Of a DNA stretch of 64,000 nt, positions 50,881-63,830 are shown piece after piece. The stretch comes from Amoebidium appalachense (lineage: Eukaryota; Protista; Ichthyosporea). The notes beneath the pieces were generated by a model. It saw only the letters and a program-made list of their open reading frames with translations, did no database searches and was not told the DNA's origin. The position numbers and the translations under genes were made by a program. The stretch lies in the NCBI GenBank assembly GCA_963693365.1, contig CAVNZM010000003.1, forward strand, positions 10,648,988-10,712,987, written 5' to 3'. How positions within the stretch are numbered: position 1 is the first letter of the stretch; the number at the start of each line of letters is the position of its first letter.

Positions 50881-51318
50881 CTACGCGGCAGGAAACGGAA
50901 GGGGGTCCTTCGCAGGGTCAAATTTCCACAAATACAAATTCTGGCTGTTTCCCTTGAAAATCGGCACCGTATTGTGGATCAAAGCCTTTTCCTGCATCTG
51001 AAAATCCGAGAATTTCTGCTCGCTTTTCCTCGCCTCATCGACAAAGAAATTCGAAAAATACTGCATGGCCCGCGTCGCGTGCAGCGTGTGCGAGACATTC
51101 TTAGCGATCCAATCAAATTGCGGCCTTTCAGGGTGCCACTGCACGGCATAAATGGGATATTCTTTTCCTTCGATGGTGGAAACGAATTCCTGTCCCTCCA
51201 GGTCGACATTATCACTGATCACCCTGCAGAATGTACCATGCGTGTGTCAATTTGCGGCATTTTTCACATAATACATCCACCAGTATATCCAACAAAATGA
51301 GAAGTAAAGTCAAGCAGG

Positions 51319-51355
<37 letters not shown>

Positions 51356-51705
51356 TGTCCCTCGAGGTCGACATTATGACTGATTATTCTGCAGAAAGTA
51401 CCGTATGTGTGTGTGAGTTTGCGACAAATTTCGAATCATATATCCAACGGAATATTCAAAAATATCCATCTAAAAGTGGTGAGTCGTATGTAGAGGAGCA
51501 TGAAGGCAAGAATAAGGTCAGGAGTGGTGTGTGTGCAAGCAGTTGACATGTGCAAGCAGTGTAGGTGCGTGTGATAGCAGCGGGCATGTGCAAGCAGTGT
51601 GTGTGTGTGTGCAAGCAGTGGGTATGTGCAAGCAGTGTGTGTGTGTACAAGCAGTGGGAACGAGCAAGCAGTGTGTGTGTGTGTGCAAGCAGTGGGCATG
51701 TGCAA

Positions 51706-51790
<85 letters not shown>

Positions 51791-51991
51791 AAGAAGTGTG
51801 TGTGTGTGTGCATGCAGTGGGCATGTGCAAACAGTGTGTGTTTATGTGTGTGTGCGTGCATGTGTGTGTGTGTGCACCGGGGGGAGACGAACGAGAAAAA
51901 AAAAAAAAAAAAAAACAATACAAAAAAAAGGAGAGAGAGAGAGAGAGAGAAAGGAAAGAAAAGAAAAGGAAAAACAAACAAATACCCCCCC

Positions 51992-52051
<60 letters not shown>

Positions 52052-52701
52052 ATCCCACCCACCTGAAGAAACTATCCAACTCAGGCCGTGCATGGAAATC
52101 CTCTATCGTAATCCCGTCATGATGCAGATTGCTCGTTACGTTTTCTCTCTGAATCATCTCCAAGAAACATTTCTCGGCGGAGCCCAACATGCGCGAATGG
52201 CGCGATTCCTCTAACAGGTGAAGGGGGAGGGAGATCCCCTCCGCGTCAAAAACGTCTTTCTTTAACACGCTGTAGTCGTTGCTATGCATGATGCTGATGA
52301 GCTGGAACCCCATGCATGTGCCCCATACGGGAAAATAGTTGCCCTGCAATTGGTTGGTTAATATTTAATAGTTGTGATAAAAAACTTTACTTGAACTCCA
52401 TAAACGTCACACCCCATGCATGTGCCCCATACGGGTAAGTAGTTGCCCTGCGATTGGGCAATTTATTTATTTATTAATCAGTTTTTGAAAATCCCGATTG
52501 ATATGGCATGGGGTGGGGGGTGGGGGGGGAGGGGGGCAGGGGGAAGGTTGAGGCGGGGATGAAAATAAACATTGGAGGCGGGGGGTTGGGGGGGGTTGAG
52601 CAGGGGAAGGGGTGGTGGGGCGGTGACGAGGAGGAGGAGGGGGGCAAATTGACAATAAACACGCCGCCTGGTTTGGCTGGAATACGGGGGGAGGGGGAGG
52701 G

Positions 52702-52767
<66 letters not shown>

Positions 52768-53979
52768 GAGGAGGTGGGGGGGGGGAGGGAGGGGGGGGGG
52801 AAGGTATTAAAGATAGGGGGATGGAAAGGAAATTGGGAGGGAGGGAGGGGATGGTGGTGGTGGTGGTGGTGGTGGGGGAGCAGAGAAAAAATTGGAACCA
52901 CATAGGCAAACACGTATGTACAAGGGAATAGTCTACACAGCGCATACCTTCCTATTCATATCCAGCGCACGGTCATACATGTACCTAGCCGTCTTGTAGT
53001 ATGTTGTGTTTGGGAGGAGTGAAAGTTCCCCGCCAGTGAAGAAGAGACCGTTAATGGACCCCAAAATTGCATCGAGCTGGCTGGTGGGCCAGTTGTAAAG
53101 GATGGGAACTACGCGCGCACCTCCCTGATGTTAGACAGAGTTAAAGTATGATTAGTAGCACGTCTACCTAATTTTTTTTGGGGGGGGGGGGGTCGGGTCG
53201 GGTCAGAGGGGTTTCTCGCCATGTGATTGGCCTGCTGCGCACCAGAGCCGGTCCTGGTAACCGACTTGTTTTGCCGGCAGTAAGGCACAGATGTGCCATG
53301 ATACAGCAAAAAAAAAAAAAAAAAAAAAAAAGTGAAAAGTGAAAAAAAAGAAAGAAAAAGGAAAGAAGAATAGCCAAGCATTAGGAAGAAGATTGTATGT
53401 AGCTCAGGATTTGATTTATATGGCTTGACCAGGATGTGCTGGAATGTATTGGTGTTGTTAATTGTGGACTTTGTAAAAAACCCTCTTGTCTGTGCTCAAA
53501 CCTTTCCCTCCCTTTAGCTAATCTTTTGTCTATCTCTTCCCCCTCAACCATTTTTTAACCCCTCCCCCCTCCCCCCCCCCCCCCCCCCCCCGTCCAACAC
53601 ACAACCTCCCTCAAACCCCCCTCCGTAACCATCCGCTCCATATGAAATAAGACTATTCAGGATGAATCCCCCCCCCCCCCAAAAAAACAAAAAAAAAAAA
53701 AAACCAAAAAAAAACAAAACAAGTGTTTCCTTTTACTTGGATCCTTCTATATCTTCCCTGCTACCACCCGAGACCCACTTCTTCTCTGGACCACATAGAA
53801 GAGCACAGTATAAAGAGGATGAAATTTAACGTGCCAAATGGGCGTCTGCACATTGTCAAATTATATGGCACCCAGAGAACATCCCACCCACAATGTTCGT
53901 GTCATTGTATCAACGGCAACATGTGCGTGTTTGTGTGTGCGCGTGCGCAGGCGTGTCATGATGGTGGTCGGAGGGTAAG

Positions 53980-54038
<59 letters not shown>

Positions 54039-54759
54039 CGTGTGTGTGTGCGTGTGGAGGGGAGGGGGGGAAGGAGGAGGAGGAGGAGGGGGGGGGGGAG
54101 AGGGGGGGGCATTCCTAAGATGCACAACCATGGACGAGCAAAAAGTGTTACACAGATCCAGACCTGTAAATTTGATCACACGCACGTACCCTTCCCTCCA
54201 AGCTCCCCGCACATACATATGCATGCCTTGCACACAACTGCTTTTTCGATTCAATCATGTATTCAGCACACCCACACGCCAACACCGAAATTCAGGCCTA
54301 CTCACGCACATTATCACACAGCCCCACCAACCCGCCTTTTTCAAAGCACACATAAAAACACAAAAAACATAACAAACTGCCTCTGGTCTCTTTCTCGAAC
54401 ACGAAACACGCACATCCTTACACACGTGCAGTACGCACGCACACACACCCACATACACATACACACCCACACCCACACCCACCCACACCCACACACACCT
54501 GCTCTATCCACCTCACATAGTGGTCATAAAATCCAGATTGTGTCGTCTCCTCCTCATGTCCATCATCACTCCATGGGGTGCTGAGTATGCCGATAATGGG
54601 TCCCCCATAGTACTCCTGGGGATTTAGCGGGTCCGGGTGAATGGGTTTCTTTTCCGGATCCTCTTGCGTTTCAGGAGATGAAAGGCGGAGTGGTTTTGCG
54701 TTGACTGTAAGGAATATGGAAGCTATAGAAAGCCCCAACTGACCTGTTACCACCTTCAT
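50881..54759 (-). CDS. GGH: Gamma-glutamyl hydrolase (peptidase C26), about 353 aa; exons 54499-54759, 52948-53124, 52063-52343, 50881-51223
   Basis: Signal-peptide-like N-terminus; [43 protein letters not shown] (catalytic Cys), [11 protein letters not shown] (His-Pro-Glu), FFVDEARKS; GT-AG introns in consistent phase (1062 nt). Confidence 0.95.
51525..51840. repeat. Intronic minisatellite of GTGCAAGCAGTG units interleaved with (TG)n
   Basis: Repeated TGTGCAAGCAGTG(GGCA) units in GGH intron 3. Confidence 0.8.
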
Positions 54760-55054
54760 TCTTTTTGGTTGGAATGGTTGGAAGAAACAGAAGAAGAAAC
54801 ACAACAACTTGAGAACCAAAAAAGTTTTCTTGCCAACTCACGCGGCTGCGCGCACTCAGTGTGAGTCTCAGTGCACGAACGGCAACAATGGAGGATTAGT
54901 GGGAGTATCATTAAAAGTATAAAACAAGGTCAATAGCGCTTTAAAGCTCCATTAAAATCACCTGATCTGGATAAATCAGGTTTCTAGATTGCAGCCAGTG
55001 CCCGGCGGTCAAAGTGCTTTGATTGGATACACGGTTTTCAAGGAATGTTTGATA

Positions 55055-55310
55055 AGGCAAACCTTATGATCCTTAACATAGACAAATGTGGTGTTCTTGT
55101 ACCTGATATAGCTAAGGGGTTTACGCTGTTTACTCGAGGCAAAGAGAACCAGTCTCAGGTATGGGGGGGGGGGTTTTGCTCGGAATATCCCCTCAGCGGT
55201 ATATCATGATCACGTACATAGATGTCGGGTGGTGACTATATATCAGGGTTTACTTTCTCTACGAGACACCATAAAGACTACAAGGAGAAATCAATTAGTT
55301 GGGGTTCCCC

Positions 55311-55359
<49 letters not shown>

Positions 55360-55392
55360 GGGCTCCCCCTCGGGACACTCGGTATCAGCTGG

Positions 55393-55445
<53 letters not shown>

Positions 55446-56686
55446 TGTGTGTGTGTGCGCGTGCGCTATAATTTTGTAGTGATGTGTTTCTCAAGCCAAT
55501 CAATACATCTAATAAACAGGTCGTAGTTACGCGTGTTTAGTATAAAATCAAGGATGTTGTAATTTACAGGTAGGCTATCTTTCTGGGTGTCTGTTGTGAA
55601 TGTGACGTGTGTGTGTTGCGGTATTATGTGGTCTATCAAACTACATTTGGCGATACATGACCGGTTAAACTGGTGTGTGTGTGTGTTGTTTGGGCATGCA
55701 AATGATGCCACCTTATACTTATTAGATCTCCACTGTATAGCACGTGTACAGTAAAAGCGTGGTAATTGATCAATAATACCATCAGCTAGAGAAAGACCAG
55801 TTCTACAGGAAGGTAATATGTATTTAGGTGTTATACACTTGCGAGTGCCATATTTGGCAATATGGTTGAGGCGGTCAGTATATATAAAACGAGACATAAG
55901 GCTTAGTTTTTCAAGGTGTATGCTTTCATCGGGTCTAGTGTCGTGTGGTATCTTTTTCCATTTGTTATATTGCGTGATTATCTTGTGATTGTGTACATGT
56001 TTAATAAGTAAGTGGCAGTCCAAAGTCACACACACACTATTGCGGGGTTTATTTGTATTTGTGCCCAGGGGAGAAGGGGAGAGAGAGGGGAGGAAAGAGG
56101 GGAGAGGTGAGGAGGGGACAGGTCGGATAGAGAAGAGAGGGTGGGAGGGCAAATACTTCTTTAAGCGGCTTATGTGCTTATTGAATTTCAGCGCGAGATA
56201 GGATACTCTAGCAGCTATTGGGACCAGACCATATATCGAGAGCGTTACAGGCCCAGGTTTACAACAGTTGTTAGATAGAAAGGAGGCAACTTCTGCTTCA
56301 AGGAAATTTGCCAAGGGTTTAAGCGCTCTAGTTCTCTCTTTCTTGATCCAAGCGGCGAGAAGGGGTAAACCATATTCACATGCCGGGAAGACAAAAGTGC
56401 GAATAAATGTAAGTCTAATAGAAGGATGGAGGGGTGTGTCTTTAAAAATATTAGCCGAGAAGAAAGCTAACCGCTTACGAGCCAACTCTACCCTCTTTTC
56501 GACCATATGGGGAAACATAACACCAACAGAATCAACCGGAACACCAAGATATTTGTATTCTGGAACTATAGGTACAGGTTTAGATGATAATGTAAATGTG
56601 TGTAAATTGTTACACGCGTAACTACGACCTGTTTATTAGATGTATTGATTGGCTTGAGAAACACATCACTACAAAATTATAGCGCA

Positions 56687-56753
<67 letters not shown>

Positions 56754-56785
56754 CCAGCTGATACCGAGTGTCCCGAGGGGAGCCC

Positions 56786-56822
<37 letters not shown>

Positions 56823-57018
56823 GGGGAACCCCAACTAATTGATTTCTCCTTGTAGTCTTTATGGTGTCTCGTAGAGAAAGTAAACCCTGATATATAGTCA
56901 CCACCCGACATCTATGTACGTGATCATGATATACCGCTGAGGGGATATTCCGAGCAAAACCCCCCCCCCCATACCTGAGACTGGTTCTCTTTGCCTCGAG
57001 TAAACAGCGTAAACCCCC
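55055..57018. mobile_element. Family-A APE-RT element fragment with internal inversion and duplicated 3' end
   Basis: TSD TGTTTGATA (55046-55054, 57019-57027); open 350-aa C-terminal ORF 55466-56518 (minus); about 400-bp inverted repeat 55116-55535 / 56612-57018; 55055-55115 is the inverted continuation of the break at 56611. Confidence 0.9.
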
Positions 57019-57259
57019 TGTTTGATATCAGGCTCGAAAAACACGTTGATTGCCAAGTGACTGCTAACCCCGCCCGGGGGGCCGGGCCGGGACGGGCCGC
57101 CATGGCCCGCGGGCCGGGTTGGGCCCCCGAGCCCCAGGCCTAGCGGCCGAGGGCCTGGCGGCCCAATAGGCGGGCCTGCGGCCCGACCCGAAAAACCTTA
57201 CAACCAACCCGAATATCCCAAGAAAAAAAAAGGAAAAAAACAATTTGTTGGGCCACACA

Positions 57260-57859
57260 GTGAACCATGCAGGCCTAGGGGAAAGCGACGGAGGGAGGCC
57301 TTGAAAAGTTCTTCAAGTCCGTTGATTACAACAGTTTGAGCTTTTGGGTCGCTTCGTGGAAAATAGCCATGCGCACCACCCGCGTGCCTGTAATTTATAT
57401 ATGTAGCTACGTGCAAAGGTTCTAACCGTTCAGCAGGTTAAAATAGAGCTCATACCAGGCGAGTGAGTGCGTTTTGTTGGTTTGCACGAAATTGAACTTC
57501 GATCCGTGCGGATAGGCGTCGTGTTGTGTTATGCTTGTGTGCGTGGCACTGCACGAAACATCTGTGTAGGGCCGTTTTGTACCTGCTTGCGGCTCTGTAA
57601 AGGTAACTTTTCCGAAGTTCAGGTGTGGCCCTTCTCAGAGCGGAAGAGAACCTGAGGCCACGGATTCTCCCACGAGCACAACCATGCACACACAAAAACA
57701 CACACGCGACACACAAATGTACACAATCACACACTGTGGCACACACATTCACATAAAAGAGAAGATACTTTAACATCTGGTTTCCCACTCTAACCTTCCT
57801 TTATGTCCAACCACTTGAGAGATTAGGGAGTTCGGAAGGGGAGAAGGAGGGGGGGGGGG

Positions 57860-57902
<43 letters not shown>

Positions 57903-60328
57903 AAGGGGCTCGAGATCTAAACCGATCACTATTGTTAACTAGTCATCTACAGCAAACCTATCCCTAATGTAGTTTTTTGTCCCTTTTTGGCTAAAATAAA
58001 GCGAAAGATGCTTCCTGCTCTTTCAGGTTGTTGCAATACGCGAGTCACACAAACAACAACACACTAGTTAAAATACCCCCCATTCTCCCCCCCCTCCCTG
58101 TCCCCCCCCCCCCCCCTGAGGATGGGCTCTGCTTATGACGCATACTGTGCGCATGGCTGATGCTGCATACTTGAATGTTTGCCTTTGCATGTGTCCTGCA
58201 CCATGCTTCTCATCGTGTATGCGTACTTCGTACTGTGTTCCGCATTCAAACCCCCCCCCCCCCCCAGACACACACACATCTTGCAACTTCCCCTCCGAGC
58301 AGACAAGGCCTGTTCGCTTGTTCCCCCCTCCCCCCTCCCCCCTCCACACATACACATACACTCACACACACACATACACAGGCAGACATGCACACACACA
58401 CACACACACACACACGTACACACACACACACACACACACAACTGCACACACCCACGCACACACACACACACGCACACACACACACATGTTCACAGCCCAC
58501 CCACACACCCACACACAAAGGTACTCTGCCTTGGCTTCTCCTGCCACCTGAAACCAATAATACCCCACCCCCTCCTCCCTCACTTGAAACGGAACGGCCA
58601 TGCATGTGCCTCTTTGCGCGCTAGCGGGCCAGGCCTTCCCCACAGCTTTACTTTCGTACATACAGGCCTTTCTGTTGCAAGCAAGTACCAATTCCTAGTA
58701 ACTCTCTCACGCACCAATATTCTTGTACATTCACCTATGCCCGATGAGAGCGGTAGGGAGCAAAGGCATTTCCGTGCAGGCTTGCTTGTAATGATCAATT
58801 CAATTCGAACTTCTGATCTTGAGGGTTATGTATACCAAGTGAAGGGGGGATCCATGCATGTGTTTTGGCCTCTAGCTCCCTCCGGCCAATAGCTAATAGG
58901 TCAACACACCAGCTGCAGATACTTGAATTGCAAGCACTTATTTTGACATGGCCTTTGACAATGTGCAAAAAGGCCTCAAAAAAGACCGTTCGCGAGCCTA
59001 GGCGACCCAGATTGACCAAAAATCTTTTTTCAGATTGCCGTCAGCAACGTCCACTGGTGGCACCAGGTGTTTGAGAAACGAAAGTACGAGTGTGTTTTGT
59101 TAGGCTATGTGTGGTAGGGACGGCATGCGTGTGCGTTTGTGTTTTTGACACCCGTATGTGTTTTTGTCTGTGCGCAATTGGCACGGGGTTTCAGTATGCA
59201 TGGAATATGCACCGCTCAAATCATTGGCACGGCAAAGTTGACTACTTCAATTTCTTGGGGTGAACTGTGAACTGTGCAAGCCTGTGTGTGTTCGCGCACA
59301 CGTGAACTGTGAACTGTGCAAGCCTGTGTGTGTTCGCGCACACGCACATCCGTGTGTGGCATATTCAATGTGTCCAGCGTGTGCATGTTCACAGAGATAA
59401 AGGCAAACACACACACACACACACAGAGAGAGAGGGGGGGGGGGGGGGGGGAGAGATCATGCGTGTGTGTGTATGTGTGTGCATTTTGCGCCCACACAGT
59501 GTATTTGAGGGGAGGGCATGCGGGGAATATGAGTGAGCCAAGTGTTCTTTAGGCACACACCTGAGGTGTGCGGCTTGAATACAGTTGTATTTTTTGTCAG
59601 TGCATTCATGGATAATATGTGTACAGGTTCTAACATAGTGGAAGTGTTTTAACCCACCAGCAACGAACAACTTTCACAAGGTTTTTCAAAAAAAGCAAAG
59701 CTAAATACATAAAAGAGTATTCATTCGGGAAAAAAACTGTTGGTATAACTTCTATACAAACAACCCAGACAACGGCATCTGTAACTGCTGAGCGTGCCCA
59801 CACTTGCATGAATCCAACCATGAAAACGACATAATCAACAGGGGTGTGTTGAGGGAGAAAACCTAAATTTGAAGCAGAGGAAAACCCACAAAAATACCTA
59901 AGTGCACACGCAACACCATCCCTGAAAAAAAATGCTCGCGCTTAATTTCCCCCACCCACCCCTCCGTCCCCCCTCTTCCCCCCAGCAAAGGACAAAACAA
60001 ACAAACAAACCAAAGACGTCAACCTCTCCCGTCTCTCCTACGACTCCTTCATCTGCCCCTCCACGTCTCTACCCTTCAGCCCCTCCACAGGCGCGGACGT
60101 GTTGATGATTTGCAACATCTGGTTCCGTGCAATCTTAATCCAATACTCCTCCGCTTTTTTCTGCGCACTCATGTCAAACCCGTTTCCGGTCTGCGTGTTT
60201 GTGTTGCTGCGCGTGAAATTCTTCACCTCACGGGCGATTCCGGTACCAGCTGCCGCCGCCGCGGCGCTCGAAAGGCGATGGGAGGCTATGAGAGCCATGG
60301 TGCGTGCGTAAGGGGCGACTGCTTGCAT
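57260..60328 (-). CDS. Hypothetical multi-exon gene; first exon 60041-60328 likely, downstream exons unresolved
   Basis: Natural-looking peptide [28 protein letters not shown]...GQMKES ending at a GTAGGA donor; further non-repetitive segments at about 58620-59070, 57500-57655 and 57260-57410 could not be phased. Confidence 0.4.
58115..58265 (+). repeat. Copy of dispersed C-tailed SINE-like repeat
   Basis: CCTGAGGATGGGCTCTGCTTATGACG...CGCATTCAAA followed by a C run (58251-58265). Confidence 0.85.
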
Positions 60329-61712
60329 TATGGCGGTGTACGCGGGGGAGAGAGAGAGTGAAAGTGTGGGTGGGTTTGCCTGTAACGTTGCCTGAAAGGG
60401 ACAAAAAGAAGGCTGCTGAAGTTAGCGCGCCGAATGTGTCCCAGAATGCTATGTTGGACACACGTATTGAAAGACAGCGTGCGACTGTGCGCTGTGTCGG
60501 TAACTGTGTCTTCGTCTGATCAGCGCTCCACACACTCCTCCTCCGTGCTCAGTATACGCGAGGTTGAAGTGCGAACGGATGTCAAAAGATTGGGAAAATC
60601 CGGACAGTTCCGGTTGCACAAACTTTGGTGCACGTGGAGCTTGCAAATATGCTATACAGTTCACTAAAACAATCACAAGTAAGTTATTTGCCAAAGAGAA
60701 ACAGAACAACCCTATTATGACAAACTTCTGCATTCACTCCAATACAACTGCAATGTTAATGCTATTACGAAATAAGATCACTTTTCCAAAACGTTCATTG
60801 CCAAGTTTGCGAAACTTCCTGCAGGCTGAGTGATCTGTGCGCGTTCGATCCATTGTGTAGTCTAAGAAACAAACGCCTTCACCGTATTCTGAAACTTACG
60901 AGTCAAAATTTACGAATTGGATGGAAAAAAGTGACGTCAAAAGAGTAGTACTAATCATTGATGTACAAAGGAATGCAATGACTCAATGCTCGGCACAAAA
61001 TGGTTGGCTATCTGCTCCGCCAAAACGTAAATTATTTCAGCCCTATCATCTTGATCCAAGTAAATACTTTGTACCATATATGGCTCTACAATTTCCATAT
61101 TTGTAGATGCGTGGGTGTTATTGAGTTTTGATAAGTCAAATATCACACAATCAATACATAGGAAAGGGTTTGTGACGAATGGAACACCAATCAAAATGCG
61201 CAACTTTGAACGGCGCGCGAGTTCGCGATGACCAATCGACTGTTTTAATCTTTTGCTTCGCTCTAAGTTCAAGGATTCTGATCATGAAAAAAGTAGGGTC
61301 TGGTCATAGCCAAATACCACTTAAAGCATATAAAGTCCAAACTTTGAATAGAAAACAAGCTTTGATCATTTAACAAATGTTTTAGCAATATAAGCGACAC
61401 GCATTATATATATAAACAACATGGGGTGTCCGGCGCTTTTTTCTTGGTCAAAACAGGCAAAAACGTCAATTTTGTAAAGATGTTGCCTACAGTAGCATGG
61501 GTTTACACACTTTTTATTGCGTGGACATTGCCGGAGGCCCAGTATATGAGCGTAATCAGCGGCATAGTATAGGGGGAGCCATGAGGCTCGGGCAGGGTCT
61601 CGGCGGATCTGGTCTCTGCCTATGACTCCAAGTACAAATTCATATGCGTGTGATTGTGGGACAATCTCACTCATACATCTCGGCGGCGGGAGTGAGCTCG
61701 CCCCGAGCTCAT

Positions 61713-61773
61713 AGCAGTGCGCAGTGGAAAGCGGCTAGGCCATCAGAGGGCGGTCGGGCTGTCTCTGCTACCA
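61713..61773 (+). pseudogene. Retroposed mature tRNA-iMet copy with CCA
   Basis: AGCAG--TG-CGCAGTGGAAAGCG-GCTAGGCC-AT----CAGAGG...CTGTCTCTGCTA+CCA aligns to 5040-5111; CCA is not encoded at that gene. Confidence 0.82.
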
Positions 61774-61840
61774 TATATGAGCGTAATCAGCGGCATAGTA
61801 TAGGGGGAGCCATGAGGCTCGGGCAGGGTCTCGGCGGATC

Positions 61841-62190
61841 TGTTAGCTAATGTATTAGAACCGGAGGTTATTGGCGGTTTTATTCTCTTTTCTTCATCTC
61901 TTCCTCAATATATCCGTTTTAAGATGACTATCCTAGATCACCTTATTAATGCTGCACAGTATGATATTGTGATCCGGTGCCTTAACTTTCTGTCGGAGCT
62001 ACCGATGCTAGCATCTGCTTACCCATAATATGTAATAGGGGTGTCAGACACTACGATGGCGCTCATTGTTGCCTAGCATGTACATATGTCACTGGCTGCA
62101 TTTGATTGGCTGTGCTGGAAAACGCAGTAGGCCGTCGAATGTGGCTGGGCCTCCGGCAATGTCCACGCAATAAAAAGTGTGTAAACCCCC
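61841..62190 (+). mobile_element. Family-B non-LTR element 3' fragment (end of ORF + 3' UTR)
   Basis: Encodes ...TILDHLINAAQYDIVIRCLNFL...*, homologous to the family-A C-terminus NILDFILNTRNYDLFIRCIDWL; ends AATAAAAAGTGTGTAAACCCCC. Confidence 0.85.
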
Positions 62191-62253
62191 TGGTCTCTGC
62201 CTATGACTCCAAGTACAAATTCATATGCGTGTGATTGTGGGACAATCTCACTC

Positions 62254-62790
62254 GGGGTTTACACACTCTTTATTGCGTGGACATTGCCGGAGGCCCAGCC
62301 ACTTCGACGGCCTACTGCGTTTTCCAGCACAGCCAATCAAATGCAGCCAGTGACATATGTACATGCTAGGCAACAATGAGCGCCATCGTAGTGTCTGACA
62401 CCCCTATTACATATTATGGGTAAGCAGATGCTAGCATCGGTAGCTCCGACAGAAAGTTAAGGCACCGGATCACAATATCATACTGTGCAGCATTAATAAG
62501 GTGATCTAGGATAGTCATCTTAAAACGGATATATTGAGGAAGAGATGAAGAAAAGAGAATAAAACCGCCAATAACCTCCGGTTCTAATACATTAGCTAAC
62601 AGGTTGCATTTATTGATAGATATGCAGCCGCGAGTAAACCGCCCCCCACACATATTACACATACGAGCAGGATGTAAACAGTTGGACTAGTTAGGATAAG
62701 GCAGAGTACAACTGAATCAAAATAAAGACAGAGAACGGGTAGAAAGGCACACGCGGCCAGGTTGCTTTTACTATGGGCCGACTCAGTCTG
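62254..62790 (-). mobile_element. Family-B 3' fragment in inverted orientation (5' boundary approximate)
   Basis: Reverse complement of 61841-62189, extending to CNMCGGRFTRGCISINKC (cf. family A CPNNTHTHQFNRSCIAKC). Confidence 0.85.
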
Positions 62791-63649
62791 TCTCAGACTT
62801 CACTGATGTGATCCCCGTACTGGGACGGCTTTCTTATATAGCCCCCAGGTTTCGGATCAAGGCCCAGGATTGGTTCATCCGCGGCCAGCGCGGGTGGCAA
62901 CATGCCATTCGTGATTCTGGTGCGGTCCGAGCCAGTCAGACCTTTGTCCTATTTATGCAAACCTCTTATTGGTTCACTTCGTTTATGTGGTATGCAGCTG
63001 AAGAACCATATATGGTTCAATTCTTAGGTCAGAGTGAGTCCTATTGGTGCGGACATAATATTTATGTGATATTCATGACAAAGCACGAATCGTGTGCTAG
63101 TAGATCACATTCTTTAGTAAACATGTACAGTTCATGTGTACAGTTGTTTACACTCCCCCCTTGTCGGGAGCCTGGTGGTGTCGTTAGACAAGCAAACCAC
63201 CAGGCTGAGAGGCGATAAACAACCTTCAGCGAGAATTCTTGTGTGTGCCGAGCTGCTGGACAGAACAGAGCAAGGACGGTGGAATAGAGTTGTGCACGTC
63301 TATGAGCACTTCTTCATTTGCCAAAACGTAAATTCATGCAGCATTCTTCTGTGATTTCATTTTCGTGGCGAAGATTGTTGCAGAGTGTGCGTGCGAATAA
63401 TTCGCTAAGCCTTCGTCTCTGTGCTTGGCTTTTCTGTAGAAGTAGTATTTTCCTTTTTGGGAATTTTTCCTTTTTAGCAGATTCGTTTTCAATTGCGAGT
63501 AATTTGGTTGTGTGGATGAATGATCATACCAAACATTCGATAATGAATATAACTCGAGCCTTAGGTCACTTCGTAGCTCAGGTAGTGGTGGATAGCTTCA
63601 AGGCTTAGCCGCTGCTCCTTATCCCGGTTCTACCTTAAGACTGTAAGGC

Positions 63650-63830
63650 GAGTCACCATGGCCGGAAAAGCCACTTCTTTCATGAACAAAGAGCACTTCT
63701 TTCCTTTCAGCTTTAACCCTGCATCATCGGAGCTGGGAAAAACAGAATAAAAATGCCCAAGTGTTCTTCGTTGGGCGACATAAAGAAATATATCACCCGT
63801 CAGAACCAGTAAAAGCCCGGTTCATAATTC
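63650..63830 (-). pseudogene. Degenerate Ty3/Gypsy reverse transcriptase fragment
   Basis: Minus-strand fragments SPNEEHLGI.. and DAGLKLKGKKCSLFMKEVAF(x)GH resemble the Gypsy RT segment EEHL...AGLKL..KC.F....FLGH; frameshifted. Confidence 0.55.

Noticed and set aside
57009-57018. TAAACCC as a plant-type telomere repeat
   Set aside because: Single unit only, at interstitial sites, never tandem.
57066-57190. GC-rich GGCCC/GGGCC cluster as a hAT-type transposon end
   Set aside because: No partner terminus or TSD found in the window.
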